Assembly (NCBI GenBank): GCA_904063045.1
Contig: CAJFCJ010000008.1
Coordinates: 434,001 to 498,000 of the forward strand
Length of the DNA: 64,000 bases
Reading direction: 5' to 3'
From: Dimorphilus gyrociliatus
Lineage: Eukaryota > Animalia > Annelida
Part shown: positions 23,682 to 37,649 of the stretch, piece by piece
How positions within the stretch are numbered: position 1 is the first letter of the stretch
How the letters are laid out: the number at the start of each line of letters is the position of its first letter
Made by a program: the position numbers and the translations under genes
The notes under the pieces: model-generated
What the model saw: only the letters and a program-made list of their open reading frames with translations
Database searches by the model: none
What the model was told of the DNA's origin: nothing

Positions 23682-26600
23682 TTCAAAAATAGATTACTAT
23701 TGAATTAGCAAGAACAAGCGCCTTAAAAAGTTAATTAGTATTTCAATAATCTTAATATAGGATCCACAAGCAGTAAAAAATGAACTAGATAGAAGCCATG
23801 CCGGTGAGATGTTCTAAGAGTGTTTACACATCTTTTGTACTAATGTTGTATATAAGGCATCAACTGGTTCTCAAGTTATATAATAATCATAAAAAAAGAT
23901 GTTATTAAATAATTTTATACTAACTTATTAATATTAATAAATAATATTATTAGAATGATGTACAGTATAAGAGTATATTAAGAGAAGATAATGACTATAT
24001 TAGTGTTTATATCTATTTAGACTCGAACCAAAAAGAAAAATAAGAAAGTAATTGGTAACCAATTTAATATACTAGATGGAATAGTAAAAAAAACTATTTC
24101 TCCTTCATTATTTATTAATAGTATTGTATTTGTTTATATGGAACACGAAACCTAGAAGAAGCATACGAATTTCGATAGATTTTCTTCTTAATAATTAAGG
24201 TTTATCGTTAATTGTTCATTCAAGTAAAGAAACTTATATAATACATTAAGAACAATAGAAGAATATCGATATTAAGATAATATTTTATAAGTAAGTGTTA
24301 ATCTTTGATTCAACAATGAATAAAACATTAAAAATGTATTAAACTAATTCTATTTGTATTGATAACAATAGTTACTAACGATAAGTTGACAAAAAACGAT
24401 TTTTCTGTCTCTTCTTCACCATCAAACAAATATTTTCTTTTAACAATTGAAGATAAATATAGAAATAATTAGACTATCGTGCTTTTTAAGCCGTGATTTA
24501 GTAATCTCTTTACATTTCAATTTTTTGTTGTGTCTTTACCTTACGTGCAATATAATCTATAAGGAATGATGATAGATCTAAATATAATAGCATATTTAAT
24601 ATTGTATTATTGCATAATATTTTGATGTAATTAAAGGGAAAGGATAAGGAAAGAATATAGGAATAAGAGCCAAAGGAAATAAAGTATTTTGAAGCTTGAA
24701 TGGTGATATTGAAAAGTTAAATACATAATCAGTCCTCTCCTCTATCTTTCCTCCTCCCCACGCTCTTCCCCCGTATTTTATTACACAATCTCTTCATTTA
24801 TTACACAGTGATACCCCTTTCTTTCTAAAAATAAACACACCCTTCTTATAGTTTTCTACTTCTTATTTCCTTTCATAAAGCTTCTCAAGATTTTTCTTAC
24901 TTTGATTATGTTAGCTTTGAACGTTTTATCAAATAAAATCCATCTTCTTCCTTTTTGAGTGAGATTTAAGTTACAGACCGTATTAACTTACCTATCAAGT
25001 GTTTTTTGGCAACGAGCTTAGATAAAAAGAAAAGGAAAAAGAAACGATTAACATAAATAGGATGTTATAATGAAATCTTGATGATCAATTTTCCATTGAT
25101 TTCCTTTCTTTTTGAATACCACTGATGATCAAAAATATAATTCATGGAAACGTTTGCGATGCTTTATAGACGTGTCTATTACACTTATCTACTGGATTGC
25201 TCTCTTTCTCTTAATTGCTTGAGGTATTTTTCGCAACCAATACTAAGTAATAGTGTTACAATATTCATAAACTGTATTATTCGATTTGCCTAAGGGTCTT
25301 TTAGCAATGGGTACAGTACTCATTTACAGTATTTATACAAGAAAATGAAAAGCTGCATGGCTAAAGTTTATTAGACTAGTAAATTATTCGCTAGATGGCA
25401 CTTGTATAGCTTTTCAAATATAGATGACACTTTAAAGCTTATTCCAGATGATTTTGTCAAACATAAAAATACATAGCATAATTATTATAAAATATCTAAA
25501 ATATATGAGTATACAGTATGTTAATAGTAATGATATATACTGTATATTAGCATGTACAGTATAAAGCAAAAGATAGACAAAAACTAAAGAATATAATAAT
25601 AGAAAGACACAATGAAATGAAAATACTGAATGAAAAAAATTGTATTCGACACTGAGTCACTTGTTATTTCATGTTCTATAGTTTGGCTTTTTTTCTACCC
25701 TTTAGGTTATATGTATTTCTTTTAGAAAGGAGAACAAAATTACAAAATTAAATTACAGTGAAGAAATCATTTTATTGTTTCTTTTTCTTTGTTCTTTCCT
25801 TTTCTCACTCATTCTTCTCCTTTTTTCTTCGTCGTATCCGCCTCTTTTCTCTCTCTCACTCTCTCTCCCTCCCTCTCTCTCACGTTTGTTACAGATACTT
25901 TAATAAAATCGTGAAACAAATATCATTCAGGTGTATTAAAAAATATTAAAAAAGCGGGATTAAATGATTTAATATAATAATTCATTATTTCATCATTGAA
26001 ATAGAACTTGTTTAGTTTAGGAAATCTTAACAACAAAAAATATATTAAGACTTGATGATTGGAGAAATCTCTTGGGTCAATTATTTTTAGAGCATCATTA
26101 TGACGTCAAATATCCCCGTCAGCAGCTTGGCCATGGGGCCAAGGAGAGAGGAATCTGGTTCATGGCTCAAGGCAGGACATTACTTATAAAAGTGTTAAGC
26201 AAAGTGAGAAAAAGGGAATGCAAAGTTGAAAAATTATAGCCTGTTGTTAATTAATATAATCAATTAGTGGTTCTCTGTTTATTGAAAGCATAGTGAGAGA
26301 TCTTTGAATTTAGGATTGCTCAGTATAATGTATAACAAATAAAAAATTCTCATTGCAGTAGAATACTGCAAAGATACTGTATATATATTTTACAGTGTGC
26401 TAAGGTATTTTTGCGAATAAAATCTATTAGAATTCTATAATTAAAAGAAGCTAATTTCCTATTATATTTCATTAATTAATTAACGACTGTTTCAAACAGA
26501 ACATTCTGTGAAATATTTTCAATGATATCCCATCCCATTTTTTTTAATAAAAGCGTTTATTGAGCGTCTACAGGTTTATTAGTCTTTGTCAGAAAGTACT

Positions 26601-27501
26601 ATGAAGATAGCTGAATACAATGGTACTCTTTACAGTAAAGGCGTATTATCTTAGGCCTAGGACAGGAAACGATCCATTATTTTTCTATAAGAATATGATA
26701 TTGCAATTCCATCAGGAAAGCTGTACATTGGACTAAAGGAAAAGACTTTTAAATGCTTATTTCATCGCCTATCAATGTATTATGTTTGGCGTCGTTGCCT
26801 TTGGATGGTTGAAAGTAAACTAGCTTTTGCTCCTACTGGCTTCGGATATTTATGAAAATCATTACTTTTCTCCTCGTACTGTTTGCTTTCTTTAGCAAAA
26901 GCGACAGAATATCAAAAAAAATTGTATTTTAGATAAAATAACTACTTTTTTCACGTATAAATAAAAAAAAAAACTTATTATGACGTTTGGATAGGTTCCC
27001 ATTTTGCAAATAGTCAACTGCAAATTTACTTACATATTGCAGATCGACGATGCCTAAACCACCATCAACCTTTATAAATATCACTATTGTGCAATTGTAT
27101 GAAGGTTTTTTTTTTATACTTTTTTTTTTTTGTTTTGTTCTCCTACTTTCTATAAAATATTGAAAATTTGTGATTTCTAGTTTTTTAATACCGTAATTAG
27201 GAATGAATTAAATTTTCATTAGGAAAGCAAATTATCGATTCATGACAATTAGACAGGTCTTTTTATTAGACTAAAAATAGAATTATTAATCTTTCTTTGA
27301 CTAGTACCTTAAAATATTGCTAAAAAAAATACGGAATTATTCTCTTCGTTTAACAACTCTGCAGGTTGCACATTTCTTCATTATTTTCGTTGAAAAGCTC
27401 GGTTAAGTCGCTCCATATTTTTTTCTATCGAAAAGTACAAGATACTTGAGGAGGAAGGAAGTGAAAATAAAAGCACCAATTTCCTCATAAATTTCGTTTA
27501 T

Positions 27502-30500
27502 CTACTCTCCTGTAGCCGTAAAACACGACGGAATTTTCCAGCTTCTGCTACCTCCATGAACTCGGAGAGACAGCCATAAGTTAGCATTTGGAACCGAAGA
27601 GGGACGGGATGTTCCGAATCCATTGGAAGCTTGATAGGCAGACTCAACAGTAGAAACAGCTGATTCGTCGCAACCTGTTCCAATATAAAGTATAATAATT
27701 GCAAACTTTCTACTAAAAGCAGGGCAAATCGAATTTGGAGGAAGGGAAGGAGTGGTATTAAAAAATAAAACAGCATATACGAAAAGGTTTTTTTTGTCCT
27801 ACTATTTTTACTGTATATATCTTGTATATTTCTATTTAAAAGTATTTATAATAATGTGCTTCTACTGTATGCAAATTATTAAATAATAGTAATATACATA
27901 ACTTAACTGTGCCTTAAATAATCTATGGATTTTACGAACTCTCAAAAAATCTCTACAACTAGACATATGTAACTTGAAATAAAATAAATGGGCTGTCAAC
28001 AAATCATGTGCTCTATTTAAGGAATATTTAAAAGGGGTTACAACTTACACATACTAGACGGGACTCGTCCTCTACTAGCTGATCGACCGTAACGCGGCTG
28101 TTCCAGCAGCAGCTCGACAATACCCTAAATGAAGACAAGTTAAAGGATCGAATTAAATTAAAGTCAAGTATTTGAGAATAGGAGAATCTAAGGAATACCT
28201 TTAATTCATTGAAGATATCCATTTCGAGCACGCTCTGCTTAACAATCTCATTTTGGATCATATTATTTAAATAATTTTTTACATAATTAAAGTCTTGCTG
28301 AAGTTGCATCGCTCCAATGACACTAAATCGAATTTTTTTCTGTAGTATAACGCTCGTCCAAGCGTAACATAATGCGTTCAGAGTAATACAAAAAGCTGAG
28401 GTTTGAGCGTTCGGGCTCAGGCTGTTGCAAGCGTCGATAACTGGTTCAACTAGTTCATCTATGGCTCTTTCAGCATAAGGTAAGGGATCACACGGTGGCT
28501 CTCCTTTCTTCTTCCATACTTTACCCACTGGTAGAGAGCTTTCAAAAAAATCTAAAGCTTTCTTCCGAAAAATTTCACTAAATCGTTTCGTGATACTACT
28601 AGACAACGTCTAAAAAGAAGAAATAGTTCGTTAGACGAATCTTTAGTATTCGATTTGGAGAAGTCACGAACCTGCATCGATATTGCAACAGTACTTAGTC
28701 GTTGATGTATCAATTCAGCCAGTACGTAAGTGGAATTCTCATCATACGTCAGTAGAATTCTCTCATCAGCGCATTTTGGCCGACTAACTGATACTAGGGT
28801 CGTTAGTTCGTCTGACAATATCTAATAAAACATATTAATTATTTATTAGACTTTTTCTAGTGATGATTTCACATAGAATTAGCTATTAGATGTCAATATA
28901 AATAACAGAATTCCCCTAATTATTAGTAAATTAGTTCTTAAAAAAGGCGTTGGCCCAGAGAAATTTAAATAATAACTCAATCAGAAATAGTTAATGGCAG
29001 ATGCGCTTTCACAGGTAACTCATTATTATGGATGAATGCGGCAAATATTAACCTTCAAATCTGAATAGCAGACCAGCAGAAATTGAGGTAGATTCCAGGA
29101 GGATAATAACTGAGAAGTTTGAGAATGACTCCACCTAGCCGCCATTTCGCAAACAATTTCGCACCTCGTTAAACAAGTAACTTGTAAAGGCAGCGTCTCT
29201 TTCCAGGTACATGGCAATGTTGCTGGGGGTAACGAGGAAATTAGATAAAAAGACTATTCGAAAGTCCCTTTTTTGTTTTTCATACGAAAATCAAAGGACA
29301 GAATAAATTAAAAAAAAAGTTTCTAACCATCGCTCGTGAGTTTTTGGAGCATATTGAAAATCCTAATTAGCGGCTGAAAGGAGTCACGGAGTTGGCATGC
29401 AGTTTTAGTGCAGGATAAAGAATCGTTGAGCGGAGTTGGTGAACATTTGTCTACAGTTGAAGCTCCTATCGCCTCACAGATATCTTTGAAGAAAAAGAAT
29501 AAAGATGCATTTCAATTAATAAATTGAAAAACTAAGCAGAACTAAAGTATAATTAATATATCTACTTACTCATATCACAAGCAGAGAGAGCTGCTCTGAT
29601 ATGCAGTTTTATAGAACAGAGTAACAAACTTTTACGCCCTTGTATAGGAAATATATCTGTAAAATATAGCTATTATTAATTTATCTTCAATATATTTGCA
29701 TATATATAGATGGTATTAGATATTATATATCTAATATAATGTAATAGGATTCTCTGAACAGACAATCTTAAAAAAATATTCAAACCTCTAAAACATAAAT
29801 GTTGCAAAACCTTCTCGAGCACCATTATAGCAAAGTGTGAAATAAAATTCACCCTTCCCATCATTCTTTCACAGTCGTCGACGCTACCCCAACACATTTC
29901 ATCCAGGAAATCACTTATTAAACCTCCAAAGTGCATCCAAAGAGCATCGGCGTAATGTTGCATTAATTTCTCTCTTATACCGTAATCGTCAGTGTCTTCC
30001 CATTTCACTGTTTTTTTGTCATTTTTTGACTTTCTACTACTATTTTTTCTTTTACGTCGTTTACTTGTTGATGAAGAACGCAGAGAGGAACGAAGGAGTG
30101 AAGTTGACTGGGCGAATACACTTAGAAAGTTCGATAATATTTGCCAATCATTCTGATACACTTCCATTACGGGAGAGATTCTATCTAATAAATCAAGGAT
30201 TCTCTCCTTCTCTTTCGACTTTCTGAGTACGTGATGAATTTCATCCGAACAGGCGATATGACGGTAAGTATGTATGGCTACGTACTTGGCCTTTTCACAG
30301 GCCATACAACTAAGTAACTCGGTAAAAGCTATCGATTGTGGATTGCATGAGCAATCTTTGATCGATAGGACTATGGCGTTGTATTCCTCGATTCCTCTTG
30401 CGATATTCCATAATACATCAGATGTTGTTCTTTCCAGATCACTGTGAGCTAGAACTTTGATACCAACTTTTATAAAACGCTCCATCCATAATATTGTTTT

Positions 30501-31097
30501 ATCTCTAAGACGTTTAACACGCTTCTCTATAGCTGTTAATTGAACAGCCAATTGTAATACAGAACATCCCAAATGATTCGACGAATTATGCAGGCAATGA
30601 ACGATAGACGAGAAATGGTTAGTATGCACACGTAAATCATCACAAATCGAATTTAGACAGTCTAGCTTTGATTGCGGTGGTGAATCGAGAGAATTTCGAC
30701 AAATAGCATCCCAACTTTCCATTTCTTGTCTAGCAACATTAACGACATCCTGAACGAACGTTGTAAAAGACTTGAGCCGAATTACACAATCTCTTATGAT
30801 TGATAATCTCGCCCTTTGAGCAATGAGGGTCCTCATTAATTTGTACTTAAGAGCAAAAGTAACGGACCATTTGTTATGTTGAAAAATTTCAGAATCGAGG
30901 CGCCTTATCATGCGCTCATCTGAACCAGTAGCCTTGAATATGTCCTCAAACACTTTACATAATTCGTAGGCATCGGATAAATGAAACTGATAGTGCTCAT
31001 AGGTATCCGATGCCGTTTCCAGATCCGATGGAAGTTCATCTTCGTCCACACTAGCTACTTTGCTGAGGAATTGGAGTTTGTCGCGCGATGATGCCAT
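27502..31097 (-). CDS. CCDC142: Coiled-coil domain-containing protein 142-like
   Basis: Large first exon (ORF 29676-31097) plus internal exons. KIRFSVIGAMQLQQDFNYVK, and a last exon ANLWLSLRVHGGSRSWKIPSCF...GE* (stop 27502-27504), both resembling the CCDC142 C-terminus. Confidence 0.75.
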
Positions 31098-31706
31098 CCA
31101 CGCCTATGACGTCATCGATTATACGATTCTTGCTCTCATTTCAGAGGCGTTCTGAAAATAAAAATGATGTAAAAAGACAACAAGACGTCTTGTAGATTGA
31201 CTTCGGAGATTACGGTTTGACTTCGAAAAATTTCTGCCAACCGCAGCAAAATTGTTGTTTACCAACGTAAATACTCGACAATCCTCTAATCGTGAGCTTA
31301 CATAGTAATTCACAGGCGAATTGTCATTATCTCAAAAGCGAAACTCTAATAGTAAGTAAGATATAAAAACAAAGTCAGTTATTTACAAATGCGATCTATT
31401 CCAGGGCAATCCGAAAATCGAAACATTTTCTCTCAATAGTGAAAATTCATTCACCACACGTTTGCCGCCATGTTTCTATAAACAAATTAATTACCCATCA
31501 TGCAACTTAGTAGGGCTCCTGGTCAAATTTCTTAGCTCTCACTAGATGTCACTATGTACTTACTAACATCACCAGAGTATTTACTACAAGTTGTATATTG
31601 TATAAAAATGACATTTAAACACCTTCATATACAATGTAATTAGCTGCAATTTAGCATTAAGAATTACAAATTGCAATGATTAATTATTTCGTATTGTCTT
31701 TAAGTC

Positions 31707-32348
31707 TTAACTTGTATTCGATGCAACGGCTCTCTGCACCTTTTCTTTAGCTTTTTGGGCTTTCTCGGCAGCTGTTTGTTTTAACAGTTCTTTGGGTGTA
31801 AGAACATGTAATGACTCGTTTGTGTAAAGTTTATTCAGAACATACTCCAAACCCTTGTTAGCCTTCGAAGCATTGTGTTTAAATCTTTCGGCACCGAATG
31901 TTTGCAGGGCAGTGGCTAATCCCAACAGATCAGACTTTACTGTAGCTCTACGATCAATTAAACAGCGATGTTTTTCTTGCATTGTGTACACAACTGTTTC
32001 CTCAACATACATAACTTTTGTAAGGCCAATATTTCTTGTCTTGGTTTTAAGTATTTTGCGAACGGGGTCTACTAAAGATTCCTCTATTATCGATACAGTT
32101 CTTTGTGCGGACGGTACAAGCTTCTCTCCCCATTTGGGAATAGAGTTGGTCTTGGTAAGTAAGCGGACTGAACGAAGTAGTGGTCCATCCTTTGAGAGAA
32201 TCACTTTGCGATCAACAACATCTTCAGTTAGAACGTGTTTTGAATATGGATTAGGATAACGCCTCCAAAAAGCAGTAACTACTTGTTGCCAGCTAAACGA
32301 TACGACTTTATCCGATACTTTCACTTGTTTCCCATCACTACTCCACAT
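31707..32348 (-). CDS. PRELID1: PRELI domain protein 1 (mitochondrial intermembrane-space lipid transfer), intronless CDS
   Basis: WQQVVTAFWRRYPNPYSKHVLTEDV...RLLTKTNSIPKWGE...EES.VDP...TRNIGL, and FGAERFKHNASKANKGLEYVL. Confidence 0.9.
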   Translation of the reverse strand: MWSSDGKQVKVSDKVVSFSWQQVVTAFWRRYPNPYSKHVLTEDVVDRKVILSKDGPLLRSVRLLTKTNSIPKWGEKLVPSAQRTVSIIEESLVDPVRKILKTKTRNIGLTKVMYVEETVVYTMQEKHRCLIDRRATVKSDLLGLATALQTFGAERFKHNASKANKGLEYVLNKLYTNESLHVLTPKELLKQTAAEKAQKAKEKVQRAVASNTS

Positions 32349-32478
32349 GTTGGATGATTTGATGAATGTCTCTTATACACTAATTTCTTTCCAGGTAATA
32401 TTCTTAATTTCTTATTAGATACCGCATGCCCATGACATCACATCCGTTTCCTCATTGACCTTGAATCGTGCTTACAAG

Positions 32479-32490
32479 CGCGCATGCGCA
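32479..32490. promoter_or_regulatory. NRF1/Erect-wing-type site upstream of PRELID1
   Basis: CGCGCATGCGCA matches YGCGCAYGCGCR, about 130 bp upstream of a nuclear-encoded mitochondrial gene. Confidence 0.55.
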
Positions 32491-33608
32491 GAAATGGTTT
32501 TTTTTATCTCAGGGCGGCTTAAGCGATTTTAAAATTCTTTTCACGAAAACTCCTTCGTTTGATAAAATTAACAAAAATTGATAACATTCATTTAAAATTT
32601 TTAAATCCAACTTATTAACCTAAATGTTTGTAGAAATTATACAGAAGACTTTTTTGAAGACAGTCTATCTTTACAGAGATAAGATAAAAAACTGTGTCAA
32701 ATGAACAACAAATAAAGCTGTATAAATAAATTTTCCTCTGTATAAATATCTATTTTAAATTTTACAACGACCGAAGAATAGATGTTTATCAAAGTCACAT
32801 TGTACCCCGAATAACTTCCTATTACCTCAAAACCTAACAAGTCCAATTAACAATATGTGTAAAGATTTCGTAATACGCTTACCTCTAATCAGTGATATCA
32901 ATTCAAAGCTTCCAAAACTCGGTATGATATTTGATATGATCGTAAAAAGAGAATATTATCTTGTTCTAGAATAATAACAAATATGTTAATCGAAGTAAAG
33001 CACGCAAATCTATTGGTAGTTGCTGTTTTCTTTAACCGCCAGAAGATTGTCTGACGTCTGAACTACATAAAACATCCCTCTGATTACCCTGATTTCAGAG
33101 ATAAAAAGTACTAAAATATATTTCAAAGATGATATAGAAGGAAGCAGACGAAGCTAATATCTTCAATAATTACTTCCTTACTTTTTTTTAAAAACTCTTT
33201 ACCTTCCTTGTCATAGTGTCTTTTGATTATTATTCAATATCTTATTATTATAAATTAGGTTTATGTTTCATTTTAAGATTATATCTTGAATTTCGTCTTT
33301 GTCAAGTGTTTTTTCGACCCTTTTAGGCTATTTAATCGCGACGTCTAATAAAAACTGCATCTACTTCGGAAGTGAAAAAGAAATGGCGCGTAAAATACTT
33401 TGCTATGCTCTCTGTATTGAAATTCTGTGATCATAATAATCCCGTTTTGTTTTCTATACTATATTTCATCTGAAGTAAAAGTTTTAATTATCATAGTCAA
33501 AGTAATCGATAACTTTGCATTCAGCCGTTTCAGGTGGTTTCTCTGCACTCCTGCAGACAAAAAAAAAACATGCGTAAAAAAATTTCCAACTTAGGTTAAA
33601 GGTCAATG

Positions 33609-36600
33609 TTACTTTGTATCTTCATTGGTGAGTTCTGTTATTACTGGCGGCTGCATAGTGCGACCATATATTGATCTCTGAGTTGATTCAATTAGTGACA
33701 TGTTTGGTAGTTTGGCGACGCCTCTGTAAAAAAAATATTTAAGGTTGGATGATTTTTTATCTTCTATAGTTCAAATAAATTACTTTTTAGCAGTTGCAAC
33801 AACATTCTTATAAGGTTCTTCATCATAACTCAGTGTTGTACAGAAATAAAACTCTGCAAGCTCATGAATAATATGTCTTTTATCCCGAGACATAGCTTGA
33901 AATGAGTGACTGCGGGAATTCGACTTAGATAGATTTGCCGATATAACCAACTCTCTTAAAGATGTTTCAATTTGACCAACGAACTGGGGATTAAGCCTAT
34001 TAGGGAAGAATATTTAGTCAAATTAGAAAATTAGATTGACAGCCAAGTTTACTTTTATTACTTACTTGGCAGCATTCTTCAAAAATTCTGTATAAGTTGA
34101 ATTTGTGCTTTGACGGTCAGGATCAATGCCTAAGGCTTCAGCCATTTGCTTCTTTCTCAAAATTGAAGCGCATACCTCATCGCAGGGAATCCTTTAGTAA
34201 TAAATTTAGCATATAAAATAGAAAAACTGTCTTTTTATAATTAAGTTTACATTTGTTTTTGAAGAGTTTGACGTAAAGATACCAAATTAACAGCTCCTTC
34301 GTCCTTGCAGAGTAATGGTCTTATTCTGGTTTATTAAAAAACAAAATAAGCATTTCAAGGTACATTCTATAACAATAGGAATATCTTTTACCTAGTACAT
34401 GATCGTAGTGAGGGTGCACAAGGAACCTTCATGACTTTCCGTCCGCATTCGCAATGTAAGGATATCTGTACAGATTATTTCTTTAAAATAGTACCTAATC
34501 CATCAATCAGAAATATTCTATACCTCTGTTTCGCAAAGATTCTCTGGACAAGCTGATCCAACATGACACTTGTTGTTACAAGGATGTCCACAATTCTCCC
34601 TTATTTTCTCACATTTTAGAAGGCACTCTTCACCAGTTTTTGCGCACTCATCTTTGTGACATACTTTGTCGCATTTATGTTCGCCACAAGGTAAAGGTTT
34701 GGCACATTTCAATCCGCAGGAAATATCATTCAAGTGACAAGGAATATTGTTTCGGATTTCATGTCCTCCCATACCTAATGATAATGATTTATCATAAAAA
34801 TAGTCATATAATTAACTTTCAGCAATTGAAAACTTACAAATCTTTTGAACTAAAACTGTGCAAGGGGGACATTTCACATCCGAATGACAATTATGAGAAA
34901 CTTTATGGTCGCAAGAATGTTGCCTTGAGCAAGGCTTTTTACATTCAGGTGGTTTTTCTCCACATGCAATGGGCGGTAATTTAACGGAACTTCCACACTC
35001 ACAAAAGAACTCGTCAAACGCTGGAAAATTTAATAAAAAAAATTAATAGTGATCTTCAAAAAAAAGAACTCTAGATGAAACTTACAAACGTTCCAACATT
35101 TATGACAATTGCCTTTGTGACAGGGCTCTTCACAATAATGTAACTCGCAAGACAACTTTCTACCGCAAATTTGCTCGCAAATATGTTCCTTTTTCTGCAA
35201 CAAAAATTGTAAATTCGACGAAAAAAGTTAATAAACATATACTAAAATACCGTGCAGCACTTTTCCCTGCACTTGTGACGACCGCATGATAATTTTCGAT
35301 TACATATCTTACTGCATCGCAAAGTTTTACCTATAAGTAATTAATCAATAATGAATAATTCAATTTAACTAAAACTAATTCGCTTACTTTCTCTAACATA
35401 TTCTATACATGATATTGTCTCCTCTATGTAACCACAATGACATCTCGATAGGCTTTCACCCGTACACGTAGCGCAATCTCCATCATGACATTTCAGCTGA
35501 CAAGTATGACGTTCATCTTTTTCCAAGAAAATATTTAAAATTTGATAATAAATACAATATTAATATTTCTATGTAATTACCATTCTTTCCACATCCTAAT
35601 TCCTTATTGCAAATCGAGTCACAAGTAGGTAATGGATCTTCACAACTTTTCCTGTTGGAATTTTCGATTATTGTCTTGCCACATGCGCAATAAGGACTGT
35701 TTATGTCTCTGTCACAAGCATCGCAGTCTCCCGGATGGCAAAGTGACTTACATTTGTGATTGTCACATGTTAGCAATTTGTCACATGTGTTATCGCAATT
35801 GAAATATTTTTCAACGTCACTAGCTCCGCAAGTAATAACTTTTGAAGTTCTTTGGCAGAAGCATTCTATTAAATATTTGAAAGAAAATTACTTAGGATTT
35901 ATAATTAAAATACAACAATTTTTATATACTTATGTCAATTTCTTCCTCACAAGGTTTGCAAGGTCCATCATGACAAGTTGCAGTACAAGCATGAATACCG
36001 CAATTTAGAAGTTTTAAGCATTTTTCATCACATGAAAAAGAAGCCTGAGAGCAGCATTGAACTTTTTTGCTATCAAAATTTCAAGAGAAAATATTAAAAA
36101 AAAAGGTATTTTAATTTTTTCATAAGAATATTTACCTAATTTTTCCGCATCTACATTTCTTTGATACCATTACCTGGCAAGTGGGACATGGCCCTGGATG
36201 ACACAATCTATTTTGAAAAAGAATATTTAACAAGTTAACCTTTAGAATATAATAATTTATAATTTAATCAATTTATTACATGTTACATGGATGAATGCAA
36301 TTGTGATTTCTACTTTTCCTGCAGACATTTCCACAACTAAAAGGTATTTCGTGATAATTTACAGCAGGATTTTTCACTTTCAAGCAGAAGCATTGAAAAT
36401 CAGTTGGAATTTCCGTAAAAATTAACTGACAAGCTGGACATCTCCAACAAGCATCTAAAAATAAACATATAATTACGTAACAAATTAAAGAATGCATTGT
36501 TATAGTATTTACCTTCTTCACCGGACTTAGACCATTTTTTAATGCACTTCAAGTGAAATATATGATAACATGCTCCGCAGCTCCAAATTTGATCCCGTTT

Positions 36601-37035
36601 TTTCAATTCTTTCAAGCATACCATACACTCATAGTTACCTTTCATTAAAGAGTAAATGAGGTTCTCTCTCTGGGATTCAATTTCTACGGCTGTTTTTTTA
36701 TTTTTATGTGCTCTCCTTCTAGGATTATTTGATACGTTAGCACGGGTTGCGCCTTCGTCAGCTTCACCATTTTCTTGGGCAGTTTCAGGCTGATTGGTTT
36801 TCCTTCTTCGGTTATTAGACCTAAAATTTCGATTATAATTTCCTCGATATGGTCGGTTTCGATTCTGTGAAGGCTGCTCATGTTGAACATTTTCAGTTGG
36901 TCGTTCACCTTGAGTAGCGTTGTTTTGTGTATAATTTCTTTTATTATTACGATTATATCTCCTTGGATAGCCTCTGCCTTGCTGACGTGAATTAGCTCTT
37001 GAACCGTCTGGCTCTTCGTTGTTTTGCAAGTCCAT
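33609..37035 (-). CDS. NFX1: NF-X1-type zinc finger protein (shuttle craft), with RING-like domain, NF-X1 repeats and R3H
   Basis: [41 protein letters not shown], and many C/H-rich repeats ([20 protein letters not shown]). An R3H-like exon lies at about 33790-33990. Stop at 33609-33611. Confidence 0.9.
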
Positions 37036-37649
37036 CTCACTGAAAATTATTTTATCGCTCAGTGCTTTGGCTCGTTACTGATACCTTATGGATTGTTTAT
37101 AAAGATCTTTTTCGAATGACCTTATACTTCTTATTTATCCGTATATAAAATACGAAACGAAAGGCTTAAATTGCGAAACAATCAGCTTTCGAGCTAATAT
37201 TTTTTATTGCACAACCTCAGTGCAACGAAATTGACTAACGTTGTATGGACAGAAATCCAAAGTCTTAAAAGAAAAAACGTCACTTCCGTTTAGCGGTTTT
37301 TTTAAAATTCAAACAGTCAATTAACCTAATTAAGGTATATAATTAAATATTGATATTATAAAAAAATAAGTTGAAAAAATGTATAACAACTCATATCATA
37401 AATTCATAAATAAACGCTTGAAGAGTGAAAATTTGGGCTGAAAAAATTGAATAGCTATTAAAAATTAGCTTTAAAAATATTGCTACCTGATCAATAGTTA
37501 CATTTTTATACAATAAAAGAATCGATAGAATCTTGGTTACGTTGTTTTTACTCTCTTTCTCTTTTTTCTCTGCTTCTCTATACCTTTCTGTCTATCGCTC
37601 TCTCCTCTCTCTCTCTCTCGTCTCACTATAGCTATTAGAAAAGAAAAAA

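Noticed and set aside
24100-25030. Chain of possible tiny minus-strand exons (LVAKKHLIG/RRWILFDKTF/KYLFDGEEETE)
   Set aside because: The splice sites are weak, no start or domain could be assigned, and such chains are easy to build by chance in AT-rich DNA.
25100-25450. Possible NUMT read with the mitochondrial code (TGA=Trp)
   Set aside because: TAA/TAG stops remain, and there is no recognisable mitochondrial gene motif.
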